Source: Tubulanus polymorphus (Eukaryota; Animalia; Nemertea). From it: a stretch of 64,000 nucleotides of DNA. Under the pieces are notes generated by a model. The model was not told where the DNA came from. It saw only the letters and a list, made by a program, of their open reading frames with translations, and searched no databases. Of the stretch, positions 38,778 through 51,187 are shown one piece after another. Every line of letters begins with the position of its first letter. Position 1 is the first letter of the stretch. Location of the stretch: NCBI RefSeq assembly GCF_964204645.1, contig NC_134035.1, positions 8,464,451-8,528,450 of the forward strand, read 5' to 3'. Both the position numbers and the translations under genes were made by a program.

Positions 38778-41700
38778 CTCTCTATGTATATCTTCATTAT
38801 ATTATCATCATCGATGTGATATATATTACTGGACTCCAACTCTGCGCATATAATACGCGACTGTCTACTCGTCTGCTCACCAGGTAGTGACGTCATTAGC
38901 TCGGGTGCAAAGTCAGTCGGAATCTGTTCAATGAACGTCAATGAATCAACCGCGTCACCTACGCGTTCTATTAGCCTTGTGACGTCATCAGCGGACTTTT
39001 TCAATTTTTCTTTAATGCTCCCTATAGCGTCAGTTGATATCTCACCTTTATCAATTCTTCCCTTAGTGTCATCAGTCGATATCTCTTTTATATCAATTAT
39101 TGCTATGACGTCATCATTGGGTCTTTCTACTTCATCAATTCTCCCTATGTCATCAGCAGATTTCTCTAATTCATCCATTCTCCCTATGACGTCATCAGTA
39201 GTAATCCTCACTTTTTCCTCACTGCTACCTATCGCATCAGTTGATATCTCATCTTCATCAATTCTCCCTATGACGTCATCAGTAGTAATCTTCAATTTTT
39301 CTTCAATGCTCCCAATCGCATCAGTCGATATCTCATTTTCATCATTTCTCCCTATGACGTCATCAGTGGATAATTTCAATTTTTCTTCAATGCTCCCTAT
39401 CGTGTCAGTTGATATTTCACCTTCATCAATACTTCCCTTAATGTCATCAGTCGATATCTCTTTTATATCAATCATTGCTATGACATCATCATTGGGTCTT
39501 TCAACTTCACCAATTCTCCCTATGTCGTCATCAGCAGATTTGTTTAATTCATCTATTCTCCCTATGTCGTCATCAGTAGATTTCAATACTTCATCCATTT
39601 TTCCCATGACGTCATCAATAGTAATATTCAATTTTTCTTCAATGCTCCCTATCGCATCAGTTGATATCTCATCTTCATCAATACTTCCCTTGATGTCATC
39701 ATTCGGCATCTCTGTTTCATCAATTACTGCTATGACGTGATCATTGGATTTTTCTACTTCATCAATTCTCCCAATTGCGTCATCAGTAGATATATCTACT
39801 ATATCCGTTTTCCCCATGACGTCATCAGTAGTAATCTTCACTTTTTCTTCAATGCTCCCTATCGCATCAGTTGATATCTCATCTTCATCAATACTTCCCT
39901 TGATGTCGTCATTCGGCTTCTCTGTTTCATCAATTATTGCTATGACGTCATCATTGGGTCTTTCTACTTCATCAATTCTCCCAATTGCGTCATCAGTAGA
40001 TATATCTACTATATCCGTTTTCCCCATGACGTCATCAGTAGTAATCTTCACTTTTTCTTCAATGCTCCCTATCGCATCAGTTGATATCTCATCTTCATCA
40101 ATACTTCCCTTGATGTCGTCATTCGGCATCTCTGTTTCATCAATTATTGCTATGACGTCATCATTGGGTCTTTCTACTTCATCAATTCTCCCAATTGCAT
40201 CATCAGTAGATATATCTACTTTATCCATTTTCCCCATGACGTCATCAGTAGATACCTTCAATTTTGCTTCAATTCTCTCGATTGTTTCATTAGTAGATAT
40301 CTCTATTTTATCTATTCTCCTTATGACATTATCGTTTGATATATCTACTTCATCAATTCTCCCTATGATGTCATCAGTAGTAATCTTCAATTTTTCTTCA
40401 ATGCTCCCAATCGCATCAGTCGATATCTCATTTTCATCATTTCTCCCTATGACGTCATCAGTAGATAATTTCAATTTTTCTTCAATGCTCCCTATCGTGT
40501 CAGTTGATATTTCACCTTCATCAATACTTCCCTTAATGTCATCAGTCAATATCTCTTTTATATCAATCATTGCTATGACATCATCATTGGGTCTTTCAAC
40601 TTCACCAATTCTCCCTATGTCGTCATCAGCAGATTTGTTTAATTCATCTATTCTCCCTATGTCGTGATCAGTAGATTTCAATACTTCATCCATTTTTCCC
40701 ATGACGTCATCAATAGTAATATTCAATTTTTCTTCAATGCTCCCTATCGCATCAGTTGATATCTCATCTTCATCAATACTTCCCTTGATGTCGTCATTCG
40801 GCATCTCTGTTTCATCAATTATTGCTATGACGTCATCATTGGATTCTTCTACTTCATCAATTCTCCCAATTGCGTCATCAGTAGATATATCTACTATATC
40901 CGTTTTCTCCATGACGTCATCAGTAGTAATCTTCACTTTTTCTTCAATGCTCCCTATCGCATCAGTTGATATCTCATCTTCATCAATACTTCCCTTGATG
41001 TCGTCATTCGGCATCTCTGTTTCATCAATTATTGCTATGACATCATCATTGGGTCTTTCTTCTCCATCAATTCTCCCAATTGCATCATCAGTAGATATAT
41101 CTACTTTATCCATTTTCCTCATGACGGCATCAGTAGATACCTTCAATTTTGCTTCAATTCTCTCGATTGTTTTATTAGTAGATATCTCTATTTTATCTAT
41201 TCTCCTTATGACATTATCGTTTGATATATCTACTTCATCCATTCGCCTTATGACGTCATTAGTAGACATCTGTAATTCATCAATTCGCCCGATGATGTCA
41301 TCAGTAAGTATCTTAAATTTGTCTTCAAATCTCCCTATCGTTTCATTAGTAGATATTTCAACATTATCAATTTTCCCAATCATTACATCGATAGTAGTAT
41401 TCAATTCAGTGGATATCTCTGCCTTATCGTTTGATATATCTACTTCATCAATTCTCCCTATGACGTCATCAGTAGTAATCTTCAATTTTTCTTCAATGCT
41501 CCCAATCGCATCAGTCGATATCTCATTTTCATCATTTCTCCCTATGACGTCATCAGTAGATAATTTCAATTTTTCTTCAATGCTCCCTATCGTGTCATTT
41601 GATATTTCACCTTCATCAATACTTCCCTTAATGTCATCAGTCAATATCTCTTTTATATCAATCATTGCTATGACATCATCATTGGGTCTTTCAACTTCAC

Positions 41701-44656
41701 CAATTCTCCCTATGTCGTCATCAGCAGATTTGTTTAATTCATCTATTCTCCCTATGTCGTGATCAGTAGATTTCAATACTTCATCCATTTTTCCCATGAC
41801 GTCATCAATAGTAATATTCAATTTTTCTTCAATGCTCCCTATCGCATCAGTTGATATCTCATCTTCATCAATACTTCCCTTGATGTCGTCATTCGGCATC
41901 TCTGTTTCATCAATTATTGCTATGACGTCATCATTGGATTTTTCTACTTCATCAATTCTCCCAATTGCGTCATCAGTAGATATATCTACTATATCCGTTT
42001 TCCCCATGACGTCATCAGTAGTAATCTTCACTTTTTCTTCAATGCTCCCTATCGCATCAGTTGATATCTCATCTTCATCAATACTTCCCTTGATGTCGTC
42101 ATTCGGCATCTCTGTTTCATCAATTATTGCTATGACATCATCATTGGGTCTTTCTTCTCCATCAATTCTCCCAATTGCATCATCAGTAGATATATCTACT
42201 TTATCCATTTTCCTCATGACGGCATCAGTAGATACCTTCAATTTTGCTTCAATTCTCTCGATTGTTTTATTAGTAGATATCTCTATTTTATCTATTCTCC
42301 TTATGACATTATCGTTTGATATATCTACTTCATCCATTCGCCTTATGACGTCATTAGTAGACATCTGTAATTCATCAATTCGCCCGATGATGTCATCAGT
42401 AAGTATCTTAAATTTGTCTTCAAATCTCCCTATCGTTTCATTAGTAGATATTTCAACATTATCAATTTTCCCAATCATTACATCGATAGTAGTATTCAAT
42501 TCAGTGGATATCTCTGCCTTATCGTTTGATATATCTACTTCATCAATTCTCCCTATGACGTCATCAGTAGTAATCTTCAATTTTTCTTCAATGCTCCCAA
42601 TCGCATCAGTCGATATCTCATTTTCATCATTTCTCCCTATGACGTCATCAGTAGATAATTTCAATTTTTCTTCAATGCTCCCTATCGTGTCAGTTGATAT
42701 TTCACCTTCATCAATACTTCCCTTAATGTCATCAGTAAATATCTCTTTTATATCAATCATTGCTATGACATCATCATTGGGTCTTTCAACTTCACCAATT
42801 CTCCCTATGTCGTCATCAGCAGATTTGTTTAATTCATCTATTCTCCCTATGTCGTGATCAGTAGATTTCAATACTTCATCCATTTTTCCCATGACGTCAT
42901 CAATAGTAATATTCAATTTTTCTTCAATGCTCCCTATCGCATCAGTTGATATCTCATCTTCATCAATACTTCCCTTGATGTCGTCATTCGGCATCTCTGT
43001 TTCATCAATTATTGCTATGACGTCATCATTGGATTTTTCTACTTCATCAATTCTCCCAATTGCGTCTCTAATTGATATCTCTAATTGATAAATTCTCTCT
43101 GTGACGTCATCAGTTAGTATCTTAAATTTTTCCTCAAATCTCCCTATCGCATCATTAGTAGATTTCTCTACATTATCAATTCTCCTAATGACGCCATCAA
43201 TAGAAGTTTTAAATTCTTCTTCTCTTTTCCACGTTGTGTCGTCAGCGGATATTTCTGCCATTTCAGTTCCCCCTATGACATCGTCACCAGTAGGTATCTT
43301 CAATCTTTCTCCAAATCTCCCTATGACATCATTAGTAGATATCTCTATTTCACCAATCTTCGCGATGACGTCTTTCGACGCCTTAACACCGGATAAGGTG
43401 TTTACATTGTAAACTTTCAGTGAGTCCTGTTCACGTATGTTATCATAGTGACGGATAACTACAGCGTTACTGTCACACACTCGATAGATCTGACATGTCT
43501 CGGTATCCGTGGATCTTAGTACTACACGCGGGTGATCTATAAACCCCTGATCATCATAACTGATACTAATCACTGTTCCTCCGTAGTCAGTCGTAGGTAC
43601 TACCGATAGTAATACTCGCTTATCACTCAAGACACACGGGTATCCGACATCTGGATCAAACGTAAGTCCGCAATCCTTTATACTGATAATACTGATAATT
43701 TGCGCTTCGGATGTTAGAAAAAAAAATCTATCCGTACGGCTACAGTATACAAACATTCGTCCCCGAGAGTCGACATCTAAACAGTTAATAAAACAGTTCA
43801 CTCTATCCGGTAGGTGATATTTCTTCACTTGGTTTCTATCGATCAAGCTGGTTACTGGGTTATCTAGCATACGTAAAACATGAACGTCTCTCGCTCCTGA
43901 CTGAACGTAGATGTTGTGACCACGGATCACCAGGGTTCCACATCCAGACAGGATATCGGTGAGATCTTCTGCTAACAGTTTGTTGTCACCCTTGTATCTT
44001 ATTATGTAGCATTTCTCGTTTTTTCTCACGAGTACGTACAAATATCCTTTACTGTCAGTATTGAGTCCCAGTACCTCATCATCATCATCGTTCGCTATAT
44101 ATCTCCTCATTACATTATCATCATCTATATTGTATACATCGCTGACTCTCCACTCCCCACATATAATACGTGACTGTTGGCTCGTCTGCTCACCAGGTAA
44201 TGACGTCATTAGCTCGGGTGCGAAGGTCGTCTGAACCTGTTTAATCATTGTTAGCGAATCAGTGACGTTATCGGTAGATCTGGTCGCTTTCTTATCAATC
44301 CGCCCTTCGACGTCATCAGCGGATCTCTTCGCTGTTTTGGTTCTCGCTTTTCCATCGATGTTTTTGGTCACTTCCAATGTTTCAAGTTGTTTTTCATTAC
44401 TAACGGTTCGGGATTCAGGGATCGAAACACTTGTATTTACTTTATATGATTGTGTCCCATCTCGACCGGTACTGATAACATTCAGTCCTGCAAGCAGTGA
44501 TTGTTGAAACTGCTCAAGACTTGACTTATACCGTCCTGCTGTCTCTGCGTCTTTACATTTGACGACGAACTCTTGATTTTGTGGGTGATGCATGAACTGG
44601 ATGGGATGATCTGGTATCTCAACACCAGGCGGCGCATCTCTCCATTCTAACCTTAA
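37901..44656 (-). CDS. Giant coding exon 2 (6756 nt) of a ~2344-aa protein: two NHL-like beta-propeller regions, a long acidic repeat stalk and a C-terminal TM anchor
   Basis: Uninterrupted ORF; acceptor attttctatttcag| at 44657 in phase 0 adds 21 codons before ATG 44593; blades such as [13 protein letters not shown] and [12 protein letters not shown] occur in two homologous blocks (~43400-44320 and ~38035-38995); hydrophobic tail [22 protein letters not shown]. Confidence 0.9.
38716..38777 (-). repeat. (GAT)n encoding poly-Asp at the start of the second propeller
   Basis: (tca)n run on the + strand; only about five Asp at the equivalent site in the first copy of the domain. Confidence 0.95.
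38980..43380 (-). repeat. Coding tandem repeat: ~42-nt (13-15 aa) monomers in 210-nt and 1095-nt higher-order units
   Basis: [14 protein letters not shown]-like units; near-identical blocks at 39781/39991/40201 (210 nt spacing); 40330-43066 near-identical at 1095-nt spacing. Confidence 0.95.
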
Positions 44657-45905
44657 CTGAAATAGAAAATCATTTTATATTACTCTCATTCCTTTAATGA
44701 AAAATGATAATACATTCAGTTATTTCAATGATTATTCTAGTATTTATAAACTCGTTGTACATGACCTCCTGAAATCCAATAAGCTTTCAAAAATGATTGC
44801 TTATGAGCAAATCTTTATCCATGGTACAACAATGTTTGCCATAGTTCTACAATGCAAGGTGCTGAGAGACAGATAAGGAATGAAATATAGGATTGTTCTC
44901 TGAGGTATGGTGTCTAGTTCGGGCCATGCTAAAACAGTTCTGCACGGCTAGAGGAACGATAAAAAAATCTTCACACTGGCCCGAGGCCCGTTTTTTGTGG
45001 GTTTTTCACGCTAGAATTCAAAACTTTTGCTTAGTCCGGTGAGAATTCAAAAAATTTGGTTTTTTCGAGCGAGAAAAATCCAAAGTTTTGAAACCAAAAA
45101 AATTTGGGCCAATATGAAGAAATGTTTTGTATCGTTCTTCTAGTCGTACAGAAAAACTTTTTGGTATGGCCCCGATCATCAACCATTCCGAAGCCTGTTT
45201 TGTCTGGAATCGTTTCTCCAAACATGGTGGGAAATTCCCTACCATATCTGGCCCCGATTTACTGGTATATATACCTGTCATTAGGAAATCGATCCTTTCC
45301 AAAGATTTGATTATAACGAAAGTTTGGTTTGCTATGTGGGGCAAAAACCACTTCAATTCCGATAATAAAACAACGGTCGACCATACAAAAATAATTGCTG
45401 ATAAACAAATAGTTTCAATCTAAGAACACGTCACTTTCGTTTTAGGTACTTTTCAAAAGCCTCTCTAGGACCATTCAAAATGTACTAGAATATTATACAT
45501 TCAATAGCTATACGATAGAATGTTTTTAATTTTTGATAATTTGATTATTAGGGATTTTCTATTCATTTCACGATGCATTGAGCGATTACCAATAGGTGTC
45601 TTCTTTTACTCTGATTGCAACAGACAAATAGATTTATTTAGGTAATTTTACGAAAAAGATAATGTTTAATGAAAATGATAAGGTATAGATGAATGCCTAC
45701 AAACTGTAAAATGCATTAAAATATCAATGGTTGAGTTCAGCTCTTCATCTTATTCTAGTTATTAACACCTTCCCAAAACTGACTGGGAGCTATGCGTTGA
45801 AATAATGAAATACGCGTTACTGTCCGTCGAACATGCCCTGCGTGCGACGATTCAACGCATCAAAATTTTCACAAAGACTTCTAGATGAAACTGATAGAAT
45901 CATAC

Positions 45906-46184
45906 CTCATCAAACGGCATCATTTGTACGGATACATTTTGTTCGGTATAAACGGTTTTTAGTTTCTGTTCAATTACTGTCTCCAGTTCCTCGGTCCACA
46001 TAGTTATCGGCAATTGTAACAGTTCACGGACAGCGGTTATCCGATCGCATTGCAAATCACACAACGGATGATAGAAGTAATTTCTAAAACCCCTATTCGC
46101 GTTCTGCTGATCCGAAAAGACGTGAATCTTACGGTCCTTTAACGTAACCGCAAATTCAAACCTATATAGAGTTCTAGTTGCCAT
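45906..46184 (-). CDS. Coding exon 1 (93 aa) of the giant repeat protein
   Basis: ATG 46184; donor GAG|GTATGA at 45905 in phase 0 matches the phase-0 acceptor at 44657, giving ...MMPFDE-LRLEWRD... Confidence 0.75.
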
Positions 46185-47862
46185 GATTGATACCCGGAAT
46201 AAACGAAATTGAACTAACGAGTGTATACTCTTACATGAGAAGGTGATATATCTGTTTCGAGGGGTTTGTTTCGAAAGTCGAGATTTCTTTTAGAATGATC
46301 TAGTTCAATCTTATCTGCGTCGGTTGACTTATCAGTTCTTGAGAAGGAGTCGTTATCTCGTAGTGACAAATCCCAGGCGTTCATAACTGCGTTATCAAGC
46401 CAATTTCCCTTCGTTTCATTTCAATTTCTTTGCAGTCCATATCGATTTCTGTTCATTTTCCCTATCGGAATGTTATTTCAATCGTTAAAAACTAATTCGT
46501 TTTTTTCACGTGTGTTGTAGATGTATCTACGACGTAAAGCCTGCAGAAAGCTTGTGTGTGCGTGCGCGAAACGGGGGTTTTCCTGACATTTTACGAAAAC
46601 ATCAATAAGCGTGTGGGACAAAGCGGTTGGTTTTCGCAATCTTTTAGCCACCTTTTAAAGTGTATTGTATGACAGAATAATGGGTGCTAATTTTTTTTCT
46701 TTGTAAAATCTGTAGCACTTAAACTTTGATTCTTTGAAATCATATCAACATTATCAAATATTCACAATTTTCTGTAGTGACCCGATAAAATTGATAGGCC
46801 TATAAATAAATCTAATGCCAATAAACCGCCCTGCGATATAGTAGTGTAATAATAGAACAAGAAAAATACTTACGAAGAAAATATTGGTGGCTGGTGGAAA
46901 AATGGAGAATGTAGTGATATGTACATATAGGTGAAATGTGACATAGAGGTTTATGTATTTGGGGATTTTTCATGTAACTAGGGGTCGAGGGACACCGTGG
47001 TCACTTTGGATATGATTATAAGACTGGTGTATATAAAGTTTCTATTGTTCCCATTTATGCACGGTAACGTCTTAAGAGGACGCCAAAAAAATGGGAACCG
47101 TACTTCATTTTTTGTACGAGAGAAGTATCGAAAACCCGTATCATATCGACAAAAATAGAACTTCTGGTCACGAGAAAGGGCCTATCCTGCGGCAGTAAAA
47201 TCAAGCCCGGCGAGAAAACAGAGTATGAGTCATGTGTATAGTCACGTAAAGGCTTGTACGTATGATCTAATCTGATAAACAGAGCCTTGATAGTCTCAGA
47301 TTCAGGGAGACTCAAAGGTTCTAATCCTAGCATCGGGCGACAAGAAAGTTTTATTTTGTTGGAATCGAGTTTGAGTAGAATTTGAATAAAATTTGTTTGG
47401 TCGGCATCCATAAAACCGATAAAACGTGGTAACAGAAATTCCCACTTTAAGCCACAGAAACGCCTAGTGATGTCAATGATGCCATCATTGTTATGGATCC
47501 ATTCTGTAATTTGAAGAACTGAATTCAGTTTACGTCTTCTTAAAGTAATTTTCTTTAATTCAATAGACCGACTTAATTAGCATTTGAAGTCGCCTAGCGT
47601 CAAGTGAAACTAACACTAGTTCTGGTTTAGCCTGACGGAATTCGACTATTACTCATACACAAATCTATTCCATTGGACACGGAAGACAAAAAATATTTCA
47701 GAAGTTTCTTTCATGACATTTTCCTGCATAACGCAGATGGTTGTTACCCATGTAGATACATAGATGATTACAGACTATGCATCACAAGCGTAATTGCACC
47801 ATTGAAGAGGGTTGAACGCGGTCTGAAGTATCTCTTGTTATTTCATTGGGAGCCGATTGCTA

Positions 47863-48123
<261 letters not shown>

Positions 48124-50904
48124 TGAATATGAATTTTTACATCGCAACTCACATCCACTGAACCGCCTCAATGTGTTTTACCACCAAGACGATGGGATCA
48201 CTTCTTTAGTCTCAACATTTACCGTTACGGATATTCATCAGCTTCACTTCTGGGAATGATTCTAAACTCCGTTTCTATTGTAATATTCAGAAGGATCGGT
48301 CGCTCCACTTATCAAACTATTATAATCCTTGTCTGGTTTGATATACTCAATGTACCACTGCTTTACAGTTCGCCAAAATACTGTATTCCTTTATTTGTGA
48401 TTGACAGGGACCCGACTCGATAATCCCCGGATTCTTCCGGTCCCTGACAATCTCATTATTATCTCTGCTCATATGTGTTTCTGTATTTGTTACCAGTATT
48501 CTTTATGAGATTGCAAATAAAATACAATATACAATATACACTACTGTTTCTAATTTCAGTATTTCTACTTTACCCGTTACGTATTATTCTTTGCTCGATT
48601 CAGTTCTCGGGCGTTACGATGATTGGTATTTTGGACATGAAATTATAATATGGGCGCTACCATTATTCTATACATTTCAAACTGCCATAAATTTGGCCGT
48701 TGTGATCGTCAATTTTGAAAGACTTCCTGGTTGTCGCGAGTCCGCTGTATTTCCGGCTCAAAATACATTTTTAAGACTCAAAATACATCCCCTGAATTGA
48801 GAATATTAAAAATGGTTCTTATAATTGTATTGAAATACCGGCATCTATAGATCGTATGTTACATTTTTCCAGTGTGTGGTGTTTGGAATAAGTTATGGTA
48901 TATCTGGAAGTGACCGAATGGTCATGCGCAAAGTAGGAATACTGCTCACTGTTTTTGACTCATCTGCAAATTTTTTTGAAACATTTAGAAAAAAAGCTGA
49001 ACAACTCTTACTTATCAATTATCTGTGCGATTCGCAGTAAAACTATTGTTTATCGGGAAAATGAAAATTAAATCAATGTACGTATTCTAGAAATAGCGGA
49101 TCACCCGATCCTCTGAGTAACGACCTCAGAGAACCGAGGAATATCCTTTAATTCAACTGGAAAGAGCTACCCTCCGTGTTCTAACCAACTTTCTGTTTAC
49201 GACCTAATTTCTAATTCGTGCTACCTCTCGATCAAATCGAAAATCTCCAATCCAAAATTGATTCTATTTAAGAAGAGAAGCTTATGCTGAATAAATCTAC
49301 ACAAGATTTCTTAGTCAAATACGAATCCGGTATTTCGGGTTCGAGACACATTTGATACCACTAAATGTAGTAAGTGGAAACGCATATATAGTGCGAAAAA
49401 AACCAACTTTTAACAATGATTCAATAGAAATAATTCTTAGTTCAAAAATTGATTACATTTTAAGTGTATCCAGCAGAACGCAAACGTGATCCAAAGGATA
49501 GAGCGTCACGCAGGTGCGCATCCTTGGACCCGGTATCGCAATTGATAAAAAGGGCCCCCAACAAACAACTCAGGGGGTTAAAACCATATAGAAAATTTAC
49601 TGCTTCTTTGTGAATGAAGTCCAAAGTGATGACCTGATGACAGCGTTTCTAAAATGTACTGCATTGAGATGTAGTTTCCCGGCAATAAGGATGAAATCCG
49701 AAAACAAATGATGTACCCGTCATGTAGAAATGTGCCCTTTTTACTTCGGGGATGAAATGAAAAAAGACGGAATTTTTCTACCGTCTGACGTGACATACGC
49801 CGAAACCAGCAGTAGGCCACGGTGACTCCCAGTTATAAAGTTGTTGATGGCAAAATATCTTGATTTCTTGAGGAGAAAACTGCATTAATGTAGCAACTCC
49901 CAGTTATAAGGTTCTGGATGTGATTGCCAACGCGGTATTTACGCACTGCTGTCGTGCGTCGGCTGTCTCCCCGACCTTGCCAGCAAACGACAGAACCATA
50001 TTGACGGAAAAGACCCGTGGTTTTCTACGGGTTCTGCTCCGCTACCATGATCGAATATAAGGTTGCCAGAGAAACAAACCAAACGTGATGATTTTCATCC
50101 GATTCGCCGTATGGACACGATCAATCAGATAGGCTCATTGTCAGGCGCTCTACTTCCGGACTGAGAAACCGCGGTGAATGCGTAAAAAGAGAGGATGGCA
50201 AAATAGCCGATGCTACTGGGGTAATCGGGAAAATTGATTCAATCCAGCTTGCTAATTTAATCCTATTTGCTAATAGTAACAGCCCTTCCGCGGTTCAAGG
50301 AGAGTTCGAGCGAACTATTACCGACGATTCTTGTGATGTTACGGAAACGCCTTTCTTCGCCCGTGACTGATTTTTTACGATTAATCAATACGGGCTTGGT
50401 TTGTATATACGATTAACTGTAAAACCAACGATCGAAGAGGTTGCGATATCGAAAAGACGAAATTATCGGTGATTCGCATTCCAGGCGAAGTTGGATTTCT
50501 CGTGGTTTAATACCTTCATCGCTAGCAGGTTTTAAATGTGATTTTGTAGCCCTTCAAACCTACATATTCAGTGTCTAGGAAATTTTTACATCCGCGCCTA
50601 ATTGCCTCTTGATAGTTGACTTGTTTTGAGTTTTTTTATTATAGTACAAATAATCTAAATCATACTGCATCGATAAATCTAGGGTGGGTTGTTCAGAAAC
50701 TTGGTATGTACATGTCGTGAAGCGTTTTCGGTTAGAGGTGTCATTTTTTTCTATTTGTAGCTTGGTACATAGCGTTGTGCGTAGAAATGATTTCTGCGGA
50801 CTGGTGGGATGAGATCACGTGGTTCGAAACTTTGTAGCATGATAATTAGGGAGTAAAAAGGGAGGTTAAGACCATCACAACGCGACGAAAGTTTTAGAGC
50901 AAGC

Positions 50905-51002
50905 GGTGTTCGACTCGTTCGACTCTGGGAAGCCAGGTAGTGGGTTCGAACCCCGTACAAATTACCGAAGTGCCCCGGACAAGCCTCTCTTCATCCGGGA
51001 AT
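50905..51002 (+). mobile_element. Decayed copy of the same SINE family
   Basis: Shares gttcgactctggg.agcca.gt..tgggttcgaaccc.gta with 3938-3978. Confidence 0.6.
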
Positions 51003-51099
51003 ACGTATCACAGAGAAAAGGGGCCACAGAAATTATAGTTCTACTAAAATTACTATGAAAGTTTAGATTCCTTCGATCGCCGTGTTTTGTTGCTATAAC

Positions 51100-51187
51100 G
51101 AAATGAAGATATAGACTAATGACAAGGTGCATCTTTTATTTCCGTGACTACAAGACGTTTCGCCTTAAAGCCTTCATCAATTGAGAA
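51100..51187 (-). mobile_element. 88-bp Penelope-like pLTR fragment with a decayed minimal hammerhead motif, flanked by a 14-bp direct repeat
   Basis: Minus strand caa-TTGATGA-AGGCTTTAAGGC-GAAA-CG-TC-ttg, then AATAAA; TTTGTTGCTATAAC at 51086-51099 and 51188-51201. Confidence 0.6.

Noticed and set aside
38980-43380. Many TGACGTCA (CRE) palindromes and a superficial CRISPR-like periodicity
   Set aside because: By-product of Asp-Asp-Val-Ile codons; no unique spacers, no cas genes, eukaryotic context
38931-43412. Long plus-strand Ser/Ile-rich ORFs (269-353 aa)
   Set aside because: Antisense shadows of the repetitive D/E/I-rich exon; they break at repeat-periodic positions and have no independent support
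47055-47411. 118-aa ORF upstream of the giant gene
   Set aside because: No recognisable motif or convincing splice link; left uncalled
50090-50370. About 90-codon ATG-less open frame on the plus strand
   Set aside because: No start codon, no convincing splice acceptor and no recognisable motif
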